Shown: positions 29,795 to 39,984, numbered from the stretch's first letter. The stretch: DNA of 64,000 nucleotides from Planctomycetota bacterium (GCA_029259745.1 JAJDEO010000041.1:19374-83373), one strand, 5' to 3'. A program made the numbers and translations. The notes: a model not told the origin generated them from the sequence alone.

Positions 29795-32755
29795 ATGTTG
29801 CTCAAGTCAACTCTTGCCCTCTCCCTCGTCGCGACGGTCGTCACCGCTCAGGTCGACCCCGACGGCACACCCGACGCGCGCATGCCGCGCGTCGCCACCC
29901 AACAGTTCCTCGATGCGGCCGGCCCGAACTGGCAGCTGCGTTGGTCGGACGATCGCAACGCACCGCGCCACATCTGGGGCGGTTCGGTCCAGCTCGACGT
30001 CGACGGCTCCAACGCCTCGTACGAACAGCAGGCGCGGATCGTCGTCGACTCGCTCGGTGAAGCGCTCGGCTACGATTCGTCCGTGCTGCGCACCGACAAG
30101 GTCAAGGCGATGAACCTTGCGCGGATCGGTTCGTCCGACAAGGTCGTCGTGAAGTTCATGCAGGAAGTCGACGGCGTCGAAGTCTTCGGCGGACACGTCA
30201 ACGTCATCATGAGCGCCGACGGCAAGCTGCTCTCGGTCGACAACCAGGGCCTTCCGAACGCCGACCGCATCAACGCGATCCCGTCGCTCGATCCGAACGA
30301 CGCACAGGGCGCCGCGGCTGCGCACTTCTTCGAAGTGACGGGCCAGCCGGTTCTCTCGGTCGAGTTCCAGGACTACGTCATCTATCCCGGCAAGGAGTTC
30401 GCCGGCAAGCGCCAGGTCACAGCCAAGGCCGCGTACGTCTTCCACGTGCACGCGCCGGACATGCGCACCGGCGACCTTCCCGTCGCACGCGCTGTTGTCG
30501 TCGACGCCCACACAGGTGCGGCGATCGACGATTGGAGCCTCGTCCATGCGATGGACGTGAGCGGCACCGTCTCGGGCCTCGGTCAGGGCGGGCTTCTTCC
30601 CGACGGCCTCTCCGGTGAAGTCACGCTTCCGCTCCAGGACGTGCGCATCACTTCGCCGGGCAACCCGACGGTCTACACGGACATCAACGGCAACTTCAAC
30701 ATCCCCGGCGCTACGGGCAACACCCAGGTGACGGCGACGTTCAACGGCCTGTTCTCGGACGTCGAGGACAACAGCGGTTCGAACATCTCCGTGACGCAGA
30801 CGGCCAGCCCGTCGTCACCCGCGAACATCTTGATGAACCCGGGTGCAAGCGAGAACGAAGTGGCTGAGGTCAACATCCACCACCACGTCAACATCATGCG
30901 TGACTGGATCAAGAGCGTCGATCCGTCGGACGACACGTTCGACTTCCAGGTCGACTCCAACGCCAACATCGGCTTGAACTGCAACGCCTTCTACAACGGC
31001 ATCTCGATCAACTTCTACGTTGAAGGTGGCGGTTGCCAGAACACGGGCTTCTCGACGGTCGTCTACCACGAGAATGGTCACTGGGCGAACGACCTGTACG
31101 GTTCGTTCAACGGCAGCGACGGTTTCGGTGAAGGTGGCGCAGACGTCTGGGCCATGTTCATCTCCGACAACCCGATCGTTGGCGACGGCTTCTTCGGCCC
31201 CGGCTCGAACATCCGCACCGGCCTCAACACCAGCCAGTTCTGCGGTGACGCGAACCCGGGCTGCTTCGGTCAGGTCCATGCCGACGGCCAGGTGCTCATG
31301 GGTGCCTTCTGGAAGTGGCGCACGAACGTGAAGAACAACCTCGGCGCGGCGCAGGGCATCGCGACGTCCGACCTGCTGATGCTCAGCTGGTACCAGGCGT
31401 TCAACCAAACGCAGATCAAGTCGATCATCGAGGAACAGATCCTCGTGCTCGACGACAACGACGGCAACATCAACAACGGCACGCCGAACTACGCCGAGAT
31501 CGACGCGGGCTTCCAGGAGCAGGGCTTCCCCGGCTTCGAGCTTCCGCTCTTCGACTTCGCGCACACCGAGCTCGGTGTGATCGGTTCGGAAGGCCCGGTG
31601 TCGGTCGACGTCACGGTGACGGAGGAGCAGGGTTCGATCGCGTCGGTCAACCTCTTCTACTCGACGAACAACGGCTCGTCGTTCCAGTCGGTGGGCATGA
31701 ACCCGCAGGGTGGCAACCAGTTCAACGCTGACATCCCCGGCGTCGTTTCGCCGGCCGTCGTGAAGTACTACTTCGAGGCGACGGACTCGGGTGGCTCAGG
31801 TTCGAACACGTTCCCGAAGGGTGCACCGGAAGCCACGTTCAACTACGACGTCGGCGTGCTGACGGTTCGCGAGTCGAACGGTTTCGAGGGTGGCTCGGAT
31901 GACGGCTGGACTCACGTCGAGATCCAGACGCAGGACGACTGGCAGCGCGGCACACCGGTCGGTGCATCGGGTGATGCGCCGTCGGCGTTTGCAGGCTCGA
32001 ACGTGTGGGGCAACGACCTCGCGCCGTCGGGCTTCAACGGTGCCTATCAGAACGACGTCCACAACCGCCTCACCTCGCCCGCCTTCAACTTCTCGGGTGA
32101 AGAGAACCTGCGTCTGCGCTTCCAGCGCTGGCTCACGGTCGAGTCGGGTCAGTTCGACCAGGCTCGTGTGCTCGTCGACGGCAACGAGGTGTTCGTGAAC
32201 GACTTCAGCACGGACACGATCGACTCGGCGTGGACGAAGATGGACATCGACATCTCGTCGATTGCCGACAACGATTCCAACGTCACGGTCGTCTTCGAGT
32301 TGGTCAGTGATGGCGGCGTCGTCTTCGGTGGCTGGAACATCGACGAGTTCGAGATCGTTTCGCTCGAGCCCGTCGGCACGACGTACATCGAGTACGGCAC
32401 GGGCACGCAGGGCTTCGGCGGTCTGACGCCGTCGCTGTCCGGCAACGGCGGCACGGTCATCGGTGGTCCGGTCGACATCGACCTCGGCCAGGCTCGTCCG
32501 TTCGCGCCCGGTGGACTGTTCATCAGCAACGCCCAGGCGTCGTTCCCGGCGCTCGGCGGCACGTTCCTCGTCAACCCGCCGTTCACGCAGCTCGGCTTCA
32601 GTGCCAACGCGCTTGGCGCGGCCAGCTTCAACGGTGTGCTGCCGAACGACGTGACGCTGATCGGTTCGCAGGTCAACCTGCAGGCGTGGCTCCAGGATGC
32701 CGACGGCCCGAGTGGCTTCGCGGCTTCCAACGGCTTGCAGTTCACGATCCAGTGA
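29795..32755 (+). CDS. Secreted M4/M36-like zinc metallopeptidase with propeptide, jelly-roll domain and C-terminal domain
   Basis: FTP-like QEVDGVEVFGG, NAFY, HENGH, EGGAD, GQVHADG; alternative start at 29771. Confidence 0.85.
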   Translation: MLLKSTLALSLVATVVTAQVDPDGTPDARMPRVATQQFLDAAGPNWQLRWSDDRNAPRHIWGGSVQLDVDGSNASYEQQARIVVDSLGEALGYDSSVLRTDKVKAMNLARIGSSDKVVVKFMQEVDGVEVFGGHVNVIMSADGKLLSVDNQGLPNADRINAIPSLDPNDAQGAAAAHFFEVTGQPVLSVEFQDYVIYPGKEFAGKRQVTAKAAYVFHVHAPDMRTGDLPVARAVVVDAHTGAAIDDWSLVHAMDVSGTVSGLGQGGLLPDGLSGEVTLPLQDVRITSPGNPTVYTDINGNFNIPGATGNTQVTATFNGLFSDVEDNSGSNISVTQTASPSSPANILMNPGASENEVAEVNIHHHVNIMRDWIKSVDPSDDTFDFQVDSNANIGLNCNAFYNGISINFYVEGGGCQNTGFSTVVYHENGHWANDLYGSFNGSDGFGEGGADVWAMFISDNPIVGDGFFGPGSNIRTGLNTSQFCGDANPGCFGQVHADGQVLMGAFWKWRTNVKNNLGAAQGIATSDLLMLSWYQAFNQTQIKSIIEEQILVLDDNDGNINNGTPNYAEIDAGFQEQGFPGFELPLFDFAHTELGVIGSEGPVSVDVTVTEEQGSIASVNLFYSTNNGSSFQSVGMNPQGGNQFNADIPGVVSPAVVKYYFEATDSGGSGSNTFPKGAPEATFNYDVGVLTVRESNGFEGGSDDGWTHVEIQTQDDWQRGTPVGASGDAPSAFAGSNVWGNDLAPSGFNGAYQNDVHNRLTSPAFNFSGEENLRLRFQRWLTVESGQFDQARVLVDGNEVFVNDFSTDTIDSAWTKMDIDISSIADNDSNVTVVFELVSDGGVVFGGWNIDEFEIVSLEPVGTTYIEYGTGTQGFGGLTPSLSGNGGTVIGGPVDIDLGQARPFAPGGLFISNAQASFPALGGTFLVNPPFTQLGFSANALGAASFNGVLPNDVTLIGSQVNLQAWLQDADGPSGFAASNGLQFTIQ

Positions 32756-32762
32756 TGGATCG

Positions 32763-32852
32763 CGTCACCCGGCGTCGCGTCCGCGGCGTCGGGTGACGTC
32801 AGCTTGCACGCATGACCGAGGGCCTCGGCGAGCGATCGTCGGGGCCCTCGGT
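32763..32852. terminator. Two tandem GC-rich hairpins between convergent genes
   Basis: CGTCACCCGGCGTCGCG/CGCGGCGTCGGGTGACG (32763-32798) and ACCGAGGGCCTCGGCGA-GCGA-TCGTCGGGGCCCTCGGT (32815-32852). Confidence 0.6.
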
Positions 32853-32864
32853 TCGTCTTGGCCT

Positions 32865-34355
32865 TCAGTGCAGGATGCGCGCGGCCGTGCGCACGCCGCC
32901 GAGAGCGACAGCGAGTGTGCTCTGGCCCGGGAAGACGGAGTCGCCGACGAGGTGCAGGCCGCGCGCACGAGGTGTCTCGAGCAGGCGCAGGTACGGAAGC
33001 CATCCGGCACGGCGCGGGATGCCGCCGACGAGCCCTTGGTGCCGGCCCGTGAAGCGTTCGAAGGTGCGCGGCGAGGCGGTCAACTCGTGCGTGACGCCCG
33101 CCCACCACTCGGGCGCGAGTGTCGCGATCGTCGCGCGCATGCGTTCCTGGATCGCGGCGATGGAGGCGGCGACGCCCTCGTCATCCTGCGTCGCGAGTGA
33201 CTTCATCGGCACGTGCGTCGAGACGGTGATCGTGCGCTGCCCGTCGGGTGCCCGCGCGCCGTCGTGTGCGCCGCTGATGGAGCAGAAGACGTGGTTGCCC
33301 TCGAGGTATGGCGCCGTCGGGTCGGCCACGAGTTCGAGGTGGTGAGCTTGATCGTCGGCCTCGGCCGGAGGTCGGGTTGCGAGGTAGAGCATGCACGCGC
33401 CCCAACCGTCGTCGACGCGGCGCGCCGTCTTCGCGAGCGAGCGTCGCAGCGCCGCGAGGCCGTCGTCCCCGTCACCCAACAGGCGTGCGACATCGTGTGG
33501 AAGCATGTTCGCGACCACGTGTCGGGCGCGGACATCGCCGCCTCGCGACGAGACAACCCACGCGTCGCCCTCGCGGCGCAGACCCGTGACACCATCCGCC
33601 ATGCAGGCCTCCCCGCCGGCCACCTCCAAACCCTTCAAGAGCCCCCAGGCGAGGCTCCCGATCCCGCCGCGCACGTGCCCCGTGCCGCGGTAGTAGTAGT
33701 CGATCGTCCCCAGTGCAAAGGGCGACTCGGCCTCGTCGACACCGCACTGCACCGTGATCTGGCAGAGGCCGTCGAGGTACTCGACGAGCGGTCGATGGTC
33801 GGCGATGCCGTGACGCTCGAGATCGGCCCGCACCGGGCGGCCGATGTGTCGCAGCAGCGGGAGGTAGCGCGGGATGCGCTTGGCGTGGGCGAGCAGCGCC
33901 GCGACGTTGAACGGCGGAAGCAGCTCGGGCTCGTCGAGGATCTCCCAGAGGACGTCGGCGACGCGGCGCTGCTCGGCGAAGAACGCGCGGATGCCTGCCG
34001 CCGGTGCGCCGGGTGCGGCACACAACGACTCGACAAACGCCGCACGGTCGCGCCCGACGACGAGCGAGCGCTCGGGCGTGCGAAACTCGACGAGCGGGTC
34101 GATCCAGTCGACGGTGACGTCGAGTCCGTAGCGCTTGATCCAGCGGCCGAAGAGCTGGTCGTCCGCGAAGCCCGAGAACAGCGTCGCCCCGGCTTCGAAA
34201 CGGTAGCCCTGTCGCTCGAATGTGCTCGCACACCCGCCGGGGTACTTGAGCCGCTCGTGCAGCCGCACCGTCAGCCCGCCCTCGGCGAGCGCCAAGGCCG
34301 CGGCGAGCCCGCCGAAACCCGCACCGATGACGACGGCGTCGACGGTGTCGGTCAT
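32865..34355 (-). CDS. Phytoene desaturase family FAD oxidoreductase (CrtD/CrtI-like)
   Basis: VIGAGFGGL, PGGCASTF, FEAGAT, SPRTFERFTGR, LVGDSVFPGQ. Confidence 0.85.
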   Translation of the reverse strand: MTDTVDAVVIGAGFGGLAAALALAEGGLTVRLHERLKYPGGCASTFERQGYRFEAGATLFSGFADDQLFGRWIKRYGLDVTVDWIDPLVEFRTPERSLVVGRDRAAFVESLCAAPGAPAAGIRAFFAEQRRVADVLWEILDEPELLPPFNVAALLAHAKRIPRYLPLLRHIGRPVRADLERHGIADHRPLVEYLDGLCQITVQCGVDEAESPFALGTIDYYYRGTGHVRGGIGSLAWGLLKGLEVAGGEACMADGVTGLRREGDAWVVSSRGGDVRARHVVANMLPHDVARLLGDGDDGLAALRRSLAKTARRVDDGWGACMLYLATRPPAEADDQAHHLELVADPTAPYLEGNHVFCSISGAHDGARAPDGQRTITVSTHVPMKSLATQDDEGVAASIAAIQERMRATIATLAPEWWAGVTHELTASPRTFERFTGRHQGLVGGIPRRAGWLPYLRLLETPRARGLHLVGDSVFPGQSTLAVALGGVRTAARILH

Positions 34356-34637
34356 GGGCGGAGATCAAAGCGCGTGATCATGGAGCGCCGAGATAGCACG
34401 CCGACAAGGTCAGCGCGAAAGTCAGGCCGATCCCGCCACGTTTCGCCCCCGGCTTCATCGATTGCTCGAGCGTCGACTTGCCTACGTGACCGACGGCCGC
34501 CGAGCCTGTGACCTTCAAGCTCGTTTGCCGGCCCTGGAGTTCGGCGCTGCGAAGACGATCGGCGACCTCGAGCCCGAACCCGCGCACATCGGGGAGAGCA
34601 CGCCCGGCGTGAGATCGGGAGTCGTCACGACGCGCGC

Positions 34638-35004
34638 TCACGTCTCGCCGTGCGGACGCCCGATCATGTGGAACCGTGACGTTCCTGAATAGCCCATCGC
34701 CGCGTACAGCGGTCGGCCGTCTTCCGAGGCGTGGTGCGTGGTGCGCGTGGTCCTCGCAGAGCACGTGGAACCACGGGTGGGGACAGCTCGACGCGACGTC
34801 GACGGCTGTCCGCAGGCTTGTGCGCAGCACGGCTTCGTCGGCGAGCGGCCCTTCGTGAAAGCACGCGTTGAGGAACGCCAGCTCGATCTGGGCGAGCGTC
34901 GCGACGACGCCGTCACGACGTTCGACGCGTCCGGTTGGAAAGCTCGTCGCGAACGACGCCCAAGCGTCGACGAACAGCGTCGCCAGCTCGTGCTGTGAAC
35001 TCAT
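34638..35004 (-). pseudogene. Internally deleted GNAT acetyltransferase remnant
   Basis: N-terminal MSSQHELATLFVDAW...FLNACF joined out of frame near 34745 to the GNAT C-terminal motif HASEDGRPLYAAMGY. Confidence 0.65.
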
Positions 35005-35211
35005 GCGCGGGTGCTCCTTCGGGACGGCGGATCTCGACGAGGCGCGCAAGCGTCGCACGCCCAGCGCGACCTCACAACGAGCATCACCGCGCGCCCCGCG
35101 TCCTGTGTCGGCGTCAGCACGACGAGGAAACTGCGACGCACGTCGCACGAACCTCGGCCCACCTGCGACAATCCCGCAACGACACCTCTCAGCCCCCTCG
35201 ACGCGCCCGCC

Positions 35212-37209
35212 ATGACGCCCCATCCACGCCTGACGATCCTCGCGCTCGCCGTGTCCATGTTCCTCGGCTGCGGCCCCGCCGAGGCGCAGCAGTTCAGCCT
35301 GCCTTCGCTCTTCAGCGACGGCGCCGTCCTCCAGCGCGAGACATCCGCGCCGGTCTGGGGCGCGGCGCCGGTCGGCATGGAGGTGACCGTGCGCGGTTCG
35401 TGGAGCGATCGGGTCTCGACCGCGGTGACCGATGCGAACGGCGAGTGGCACACGACGATCGACACGCCGCAAGCCGGTGGCCCGCACGAGCTCGTCTTCG
35501 CGGGCGACGGCGGCGTCATCATGACTCTGCGCGACGTCTACGTCGGCGAAGTCTGGGTGTGCTCGGGGCAGTCGAACATGGAGTGGACGATCGACATGAC
35601 GCGCCGCGGCTACGCCGACGATCCGTCGTACGGCAAGATGCTCGCGGAACTCGACCTCCCCACACTGCGTGTCTTCGACGTCGCGAAGCGCGCGGCACTC
35701 ACGCCGCAATCGGTCTGTGAAGCGCACTGGCAAGCGTGTACGCCGGAGACACTCGGACGCTTCAGTGCAGTCGCCACGTTTTTTGGTCGACGCCTGCAGC
35801 GCGAACTCGACGTCCCGATCGGGCTCATCACGACGAACTGGGGCGGCACCGTCGCCGAGGCTTGGACGAGCGAGGAATCACTCTGGACCCTGCCCGACTT
35901 CCACGCCGCGCTCGAGGCCCAGCGACTCATGAGCGACACGACCGAGTCGGCAAAAGACATCCGTCACGAGCAGGGCAAGCTCTGGTGGCGTGACGTCGAT
36001 GCCGGCGATGTCGGCATCAGCGAGGGTTGGATGTCCTCTGAGCTCGACGACACCGCGTGGAGCACGATCGACGTCCCCGGCCTCTGGGAAGACGCCACGC
36101 TGCCTGGCGTCGACGGCCTCGTCTGGTTCCGGCGCGAGGTCGAGATCCCTGACGCCTGGCGCGACCGCAACCTTTTCGTCTGCCTCGGCCCGCTCGATGA
36201 CATGGATACCGTGTGGGTGAACGGCGAGCAGATCGGCGGCATGATGATCCCGGGCGTCTGGCAGACTCCGCGCGTGTATCCCGTCGCCGCCGACGTCTGG
36301 AAGCTCGGGCGCAATGTGATCGCCGTGCGCGTGGCCGACACCGGCGGCGCGGGCGGCTTCTCGGGCGAGCCCGACGTCTTGCGCATCACCGAGACGCCTG
36401 TCACGAACGATCGGCCGAGCGTGACGCTCAGCGGTGAGTGGCGCGTCCGAGCGAGCACGCCGGCGCTGCCGGCCTGGCCGGCGCTGCCGTTCCATCAGAA
36501 CTCACCGACGGCGCTCTTCAACGGCATGATCGCCCCGCTGCTGCCCTACGCCATCCGCGGCGCGATCTGGTACCAGGGCGAGTCGAATCGCCTCCAGGCC
36601 GCGCAGTACCGCCGCCTCTTTCCCGCGCTCATCGCGGACTGGCGCAAACACTGGCAGCGCGGCGACTTTCCCTTCTACTTCGTTCAGATCGCGCCCTATT
36701 CATACGGCGGCGACGACGGCGAGGCGGCCGAACTCCGCGAGGCCCAGGCGTTCACGGCAGAGACGGTTCCGAACACGGGGATGGTCGTCACCATGGACGT
36801 CGGCAACCCGGACGACATCCACCCGACGAACAAGCTCGACGTCGGTCACCGCCTCGCACGCTGGGCGCTGCGCGAGACCTATGGACGTGACGACATCATC
36901 GCGGCGAGCCCCGTGTTCGTTCGGTCGACGCGCGAGGGCAACGCGCTGCGTCTGCACTTCACGCACGCCGAGGGCCTGAAGACATCCGACGGACGTCGCC
37001 CGACGCACTTCGAGGTGGCCGGCGCCGACGGCGCGTACGTCAAGGCCCGCGCCACCATCGACGGCACGACGATCGTGTTGACGAGCGTCAACGTCGACGA
37101 GCCGCGCGAGGCCCGCTACGCCTGGGGCGCCGCTGACGAACCGAACGTCGTCAACGGCGAAGGCCTGCCGGCATCGTCGTTCCGCACGGACGCTCCCCGC
37201 GCGCGCTGA
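35212..37209 (+). CDS. Sialate O-acetylesterase (SASA) with inserted GH2-like sugar-binding domain
   Basis: GEVWVCSGQSNME, WGGT..EAW, WYQGESN, DIHP.NK. Confidence 0.93.
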   Translation: MTPHPRLTILALAVSMFLGCGPAEAQQFSLPSLFSDGAVLQRETSAPVWGAAPVGMEVTVRGSWSDRVSTAVTDANGEWHTTIDTPQAGGPHELVFAGDGGVIMTLRDVYVGEVWVCSGQSNMEWTIDMTRRGYADDPSYGKMLAELDLPTLRVFDVAKRAALTPQSVCEAHWQACTPETLGRFSAVATFFGRRLQRELDVPIGLITTNWGGTVAEAWTSEESLWTLPDFHAALEAQRLMSDTTESAKDIRHEQGKLWWRDVDAGDVGISEGWMSSELDDTAWSTIDVPGLWEDATLPGVDGLVWFRREVEIPDAWRDRNLFVCLGPLDDMDTVWVNGEQIGGMMIPGVWQTPRVYPVAADVWKLGRNVIAVRVADTGGAGGFSGEPDVLRITETPVTNDRPSVTLSGEWRVRASTPALPAWPALPFHQNSPTALFNGMIAPLLPYAIRGAIWYQGESNRLQAAQYRRLFPALIADWRKHWQRGDFPFYFVQIAPYSYGGDDGEAAELREAQAFTAETVPNTGMVVTMDVGNPDDIHPTNKLDVGHRLARWALRETYGRDDIIAASPVFVRSTREGNALRLHFTHAEGLKTSDGRRPTHFEVAGADGAYVKARATIDGTTIVLTSVNVDEPREARYAWGAADEPNVVNGEGLPASSFRTDAPRAR

Positions 37210-37227
37210 ACGCCACGATCACGCCGC

Positions 37228-38598
37228 TCAGCGCGCCTTCGAGTGGATGAGCTTCTTGTTCACGAACTCGAGGATGCCGAGGTGTGAGAGCTCGCGTCCG
37301 TACCCGGAGTTCTTCGTGCCGCCGAAGGGCAGCTCGGCCTGTGAGTTCGTCGGTTGGTTGATGAAGACCATGCCCGTGTCGATCTGCTCGGCGACGCGCC
37401 GACCGCGCTCGATGTCCTCGGTGTGCACCGAACCGCCGAGCCCGTAGGACGAGTCGTTCGCGAGCTTGATCGCGGCCTCTTCGTCGGCGACGACGTACAC
37501 CGTCGCCACCGGGCCGAAGAGTTCGGTGTCGTACGTCGGCATGTCCTTCGTGACGTCCTTGAGGATCGTCGGCGAGTAGAACGCGCCCTTGCGATCGGGA
37601 CGTCCGCCACCGAGGAGCACTGTCGCCCCCGCATCGATCGACTGCGTGACGAGGGCGTCAAGATTCTGCGCAGCCTCCTCCGTGCTCAGCGGACCGACGT
37701 CCGTCTCGTCGTCCATCGGATCACCGAGTTTCATTGCCGACAGAGCGTCCTTGAAACCTTCGATGAAGCGATCCGCGACGGATCGGACGACGATGAAGCG
37801 CTTCGCCGCCACACACGACTGGCCGGTGTTCACCATGCGCCCACGCACGGCCATCTTCACGGTGCGTTCCAGGTCTGCGTCCTCGAGGACGATGAACGGA
37901 TCGTTGCCACCGAGTTCGAGAACGGAACGCTTCAGTGACGAACCGGCCGTACCCGCGACTGCGGCGCCGGCCTTCTCGCTGCCTGTCAACGAGACACCAC
38001 TCACGCGGTCGTCTGCGATGATCGAGTCGACGAACTCGACGGGAATGAACAGATTCGTGAAGACACCCGCGGGGAGTCCACAGGTCGCGAGGGATGCCTC
38101 GATCGTGAGGGCGCAGCGGGGCACGTTGCTCGCGTGCTTCACCATCACGACGTTGCCGGCCATGATGTTCGGCGCGGCGAAGCGGACGACCTGATAGAAG
38201 GGAAAGTTCCAAGGCATGACGCCCAGCAGCACGCCGATCGGCGCGTACTGGATGTAGGCATCGGCGCCGTCGACGTTCATCGGCGTATCGGCGAGGAAGT
38301 CCGCAGCACCGTTGGCGTAGAACTCCACGATCTGCGCGCAGAACTCGACCTCGTACTCACTCTCGGAGATGCGCTTGCCCATCTCGAGCGTGATCAGCTC
38401 CGCGAACTCGCGCTTGCGCTCGCGGAGTTGCTTCGCGAAGGCCAGCATGACGGCCCGTCGCGTGTCCAGCGACGTCGTGCGCCAATCTCCGAACGCGTCG
38501 TGGGCCGCTCCGATCGCCGTGAGGAGTTCGTCTTTGCTGAGTGACTCGAACGACTCGACTTGCTCGTTCGTGTAGGGGTTCACGGTCTTGAACGTCAT
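37228..38598 (-). CDS. NAD(P)-dependent succinate-semialdehyde dehydrogenase (Sad/GabD1-like)
   Basis: MPWNFP, LTGSE, LELGGND, GQSCVAAKR, ELFGP, PFGG.KNSGYGRE. Confidence 0.92.
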   Translation of the reverse strand: MTFKTVNPYTNEQVESFESLSKDELLTAIGAAHDAFGDWRTTSLDTRRAVMLAFAKQLRERKREFAELITLEMGKRISESEYEVEFCAQIVEFYANGAADFLADTPMNVDGADAYIQYAPIGVLLGVMPWNFPFYQVVRFAAPNIMAGNVVMVKHASNVPRCALTIEASLATCGLPAGVFTNLFIPVEFVDSIIADDRVSGVSLTGSEKAGAAVAGTAGSSLKRSVLELGGNDPFIVLEDADLERTVKMAVRGRMVNTGQSCVAAKRFIVVRSVADRFIEGFKDALSAMKLGDPMDDETDVGPLSTEEAAQNLDALVTQSIDAGATVLLGGGRPDRKGAFYSPTILKDVTKDMPTYDTELFGPVATVYVVADEEAAIKLANDSSYGLGGSVHTEDIERGRRVAEQIDTGMVFINQPTNSQAELPFGGTKNSGYGRELSHLGILEFVNKKLIHSKAR

Positions 38599-38637
38599 GT
38601 TTCTCCTTCGTTGGTTTGCGGACGAACTGAGCGCGGA

Positions 38638-39759
38638 TCACGTCTTCGCGGCGCGCTGCTCTTCTTCGTAGGTCGGCCAGTCGGTGTAGCCCTCGGCGTC
38701 GAACGAGTACCAGGTGTCTTGCGGTGCCTCGTCGGCGAGCGGCCAGTCGTTGGCGAAGCGCGCGACGAGGTCGGGGTTGCTGATGAAGGGACGTCCGAAC
38801 GAGACGAGATCGGTGCCGCCCGCCGCGATGAGCTTCTCGGCCGACTCGCGATCGAAGCCGCAGTTCGCCATGAGCGTGCCCTTGAAGACGCGACGAAACT
38901 CGTGCATCTCCATCGGCTCGCCGAGTTCGTGGAACCCGAACGCCAGCCCGCTCAACACGTGGAGGTATCCGAGGTCGTAGTCATCGAGTCGCTCCGCGAC
39001 GTACGAGAACTGCTCGCGGAAGTCGGGAGATCCCATGTCGTTGAATGCACCGTTGGGGCTGATGCGCACACCGACCTGTTGCGACGGCCAGACCGTGAGC
39101 ATGGCCTCGACGATTTCCTTCAAGAACCGAAAGCGCGCCTCGATGCTGCCGCCGTAGGCGTCATCACGCTTGTTCGTGCGCGACTGCAGGAAGGTGTCGA
39201 TGAGGTAGCCGTTCGCACCATGGATCTCGACTCCGTCGAAGCCGACGTCCTTCGCCCGCTTGGCGGCGGTCTTGAACTCCTCGATCACAACGGGAATCTC
39301 GTCGATCGTGAGCGCACGCGGTGTCTCGTGTGCCTTCTCCTCTCCGTCTGACTTCGGTGTCGGGATCCCCTTGCCTTCATGGCGCACCGCAGACGGAGCA
39401 AGCGGGAGCTCGCCGTCGAGGAAGTCGCTATGCGACGCGCGGCCGGTGTGCCAGAGCTGCATGAAGATCGGCGTGCCATGGCGATGGACGGCCTCGATCG
39501 TCGGCTCCCAACCCGCAGCCATCTCGTCGGTGAAGATGCCTGGCGCGTGCAGCCAGCCGACGCCCATGCGCGACGGGAACGTGCCCTCCGTGATGAGCAT
39601 CCCTGCGCCTGCGCGCTGCTCGTAGTAGCGCGCCATGAGCTCGTTGGCGGTCATCTCGGACCCGGCGCGAGCGCGCGTCATCGGTGCCAAAACGACGCGG
39701 TTCGCGAGCGACAGGCGTCCGCGCTCGTACGGGCTCAAGAGCTGCTGCGGCTCAGACAT
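38638..39759 (-). CDS. Alkene reductase (old yellow enzyme, NemA-like)
   Basis: APMTRAR, QLWHTGR, EIHGANGYL, FGRPFISNPDL, GYTDWP. Confidence 0.93.
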   Translation of the reverse strand: MSEPQQLLSPYERGRLSLANRVVLAPMTRARAGSEMTANELMARYYEQRAGAGMLITEGTFPSRMGVGWLHAPGIFTDEMAAGWEPTIEAVHRHGTPIFMQLWHTGRASHSDFLDGELPLAPSAVRHEGKGIPTPKSDGEEKAHETPRALTIDEIPVVIEEFKTAAKRAKDVGFDGVEIHGANGYLIDTFLQSRTNKRDDAYGGSIEARFRFLKEIVEAMLTVWPSQQVGVRISPNGAFNDMGSPDFREQFSYVAERLDDYDLGYLHVLSGLAFGFHELGEPMEMHEFRRVFKGTLMANCGFDRESAEKLIAAGGTDLVSFGRPFISNPDLVARFANDWPLADEAPQDTWYSFDAEGYTDWPTYEEEQRAAKT

Positions 39760-39969
39760 GGTGGATCATCTCCGGTTCATGGGTGACGGGTGATAGACGC
39801 TGCGGCAACGAACGCCCGAGATACCCATCGAATGAGCGATTGTGCACTTGACCGGCCCCCGCGGCCCGGGCGTTGGGGCGTGCGAGAACGGCGCTCGTTC
39901 GCGCGCGGCAGGACACCGGGCGTCAGCGCATGCGCCTACGCGACGCGACGGCCTGCACGGTGAGTGCTC

Positions 39970-39984
39970 GCAAGAACTGTGCCA
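39970..39984 (-). promoter_or_regulatory. Putative sigma-54 (-24/-12) promoter
   Basis: Minus strand reads TGGCACAGTTCTTGC, an exact TGGCAC-N5-TTGC match, in the intergenic gap about 210 bp upstream of the alkene reductase. Confidence 0.6.
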
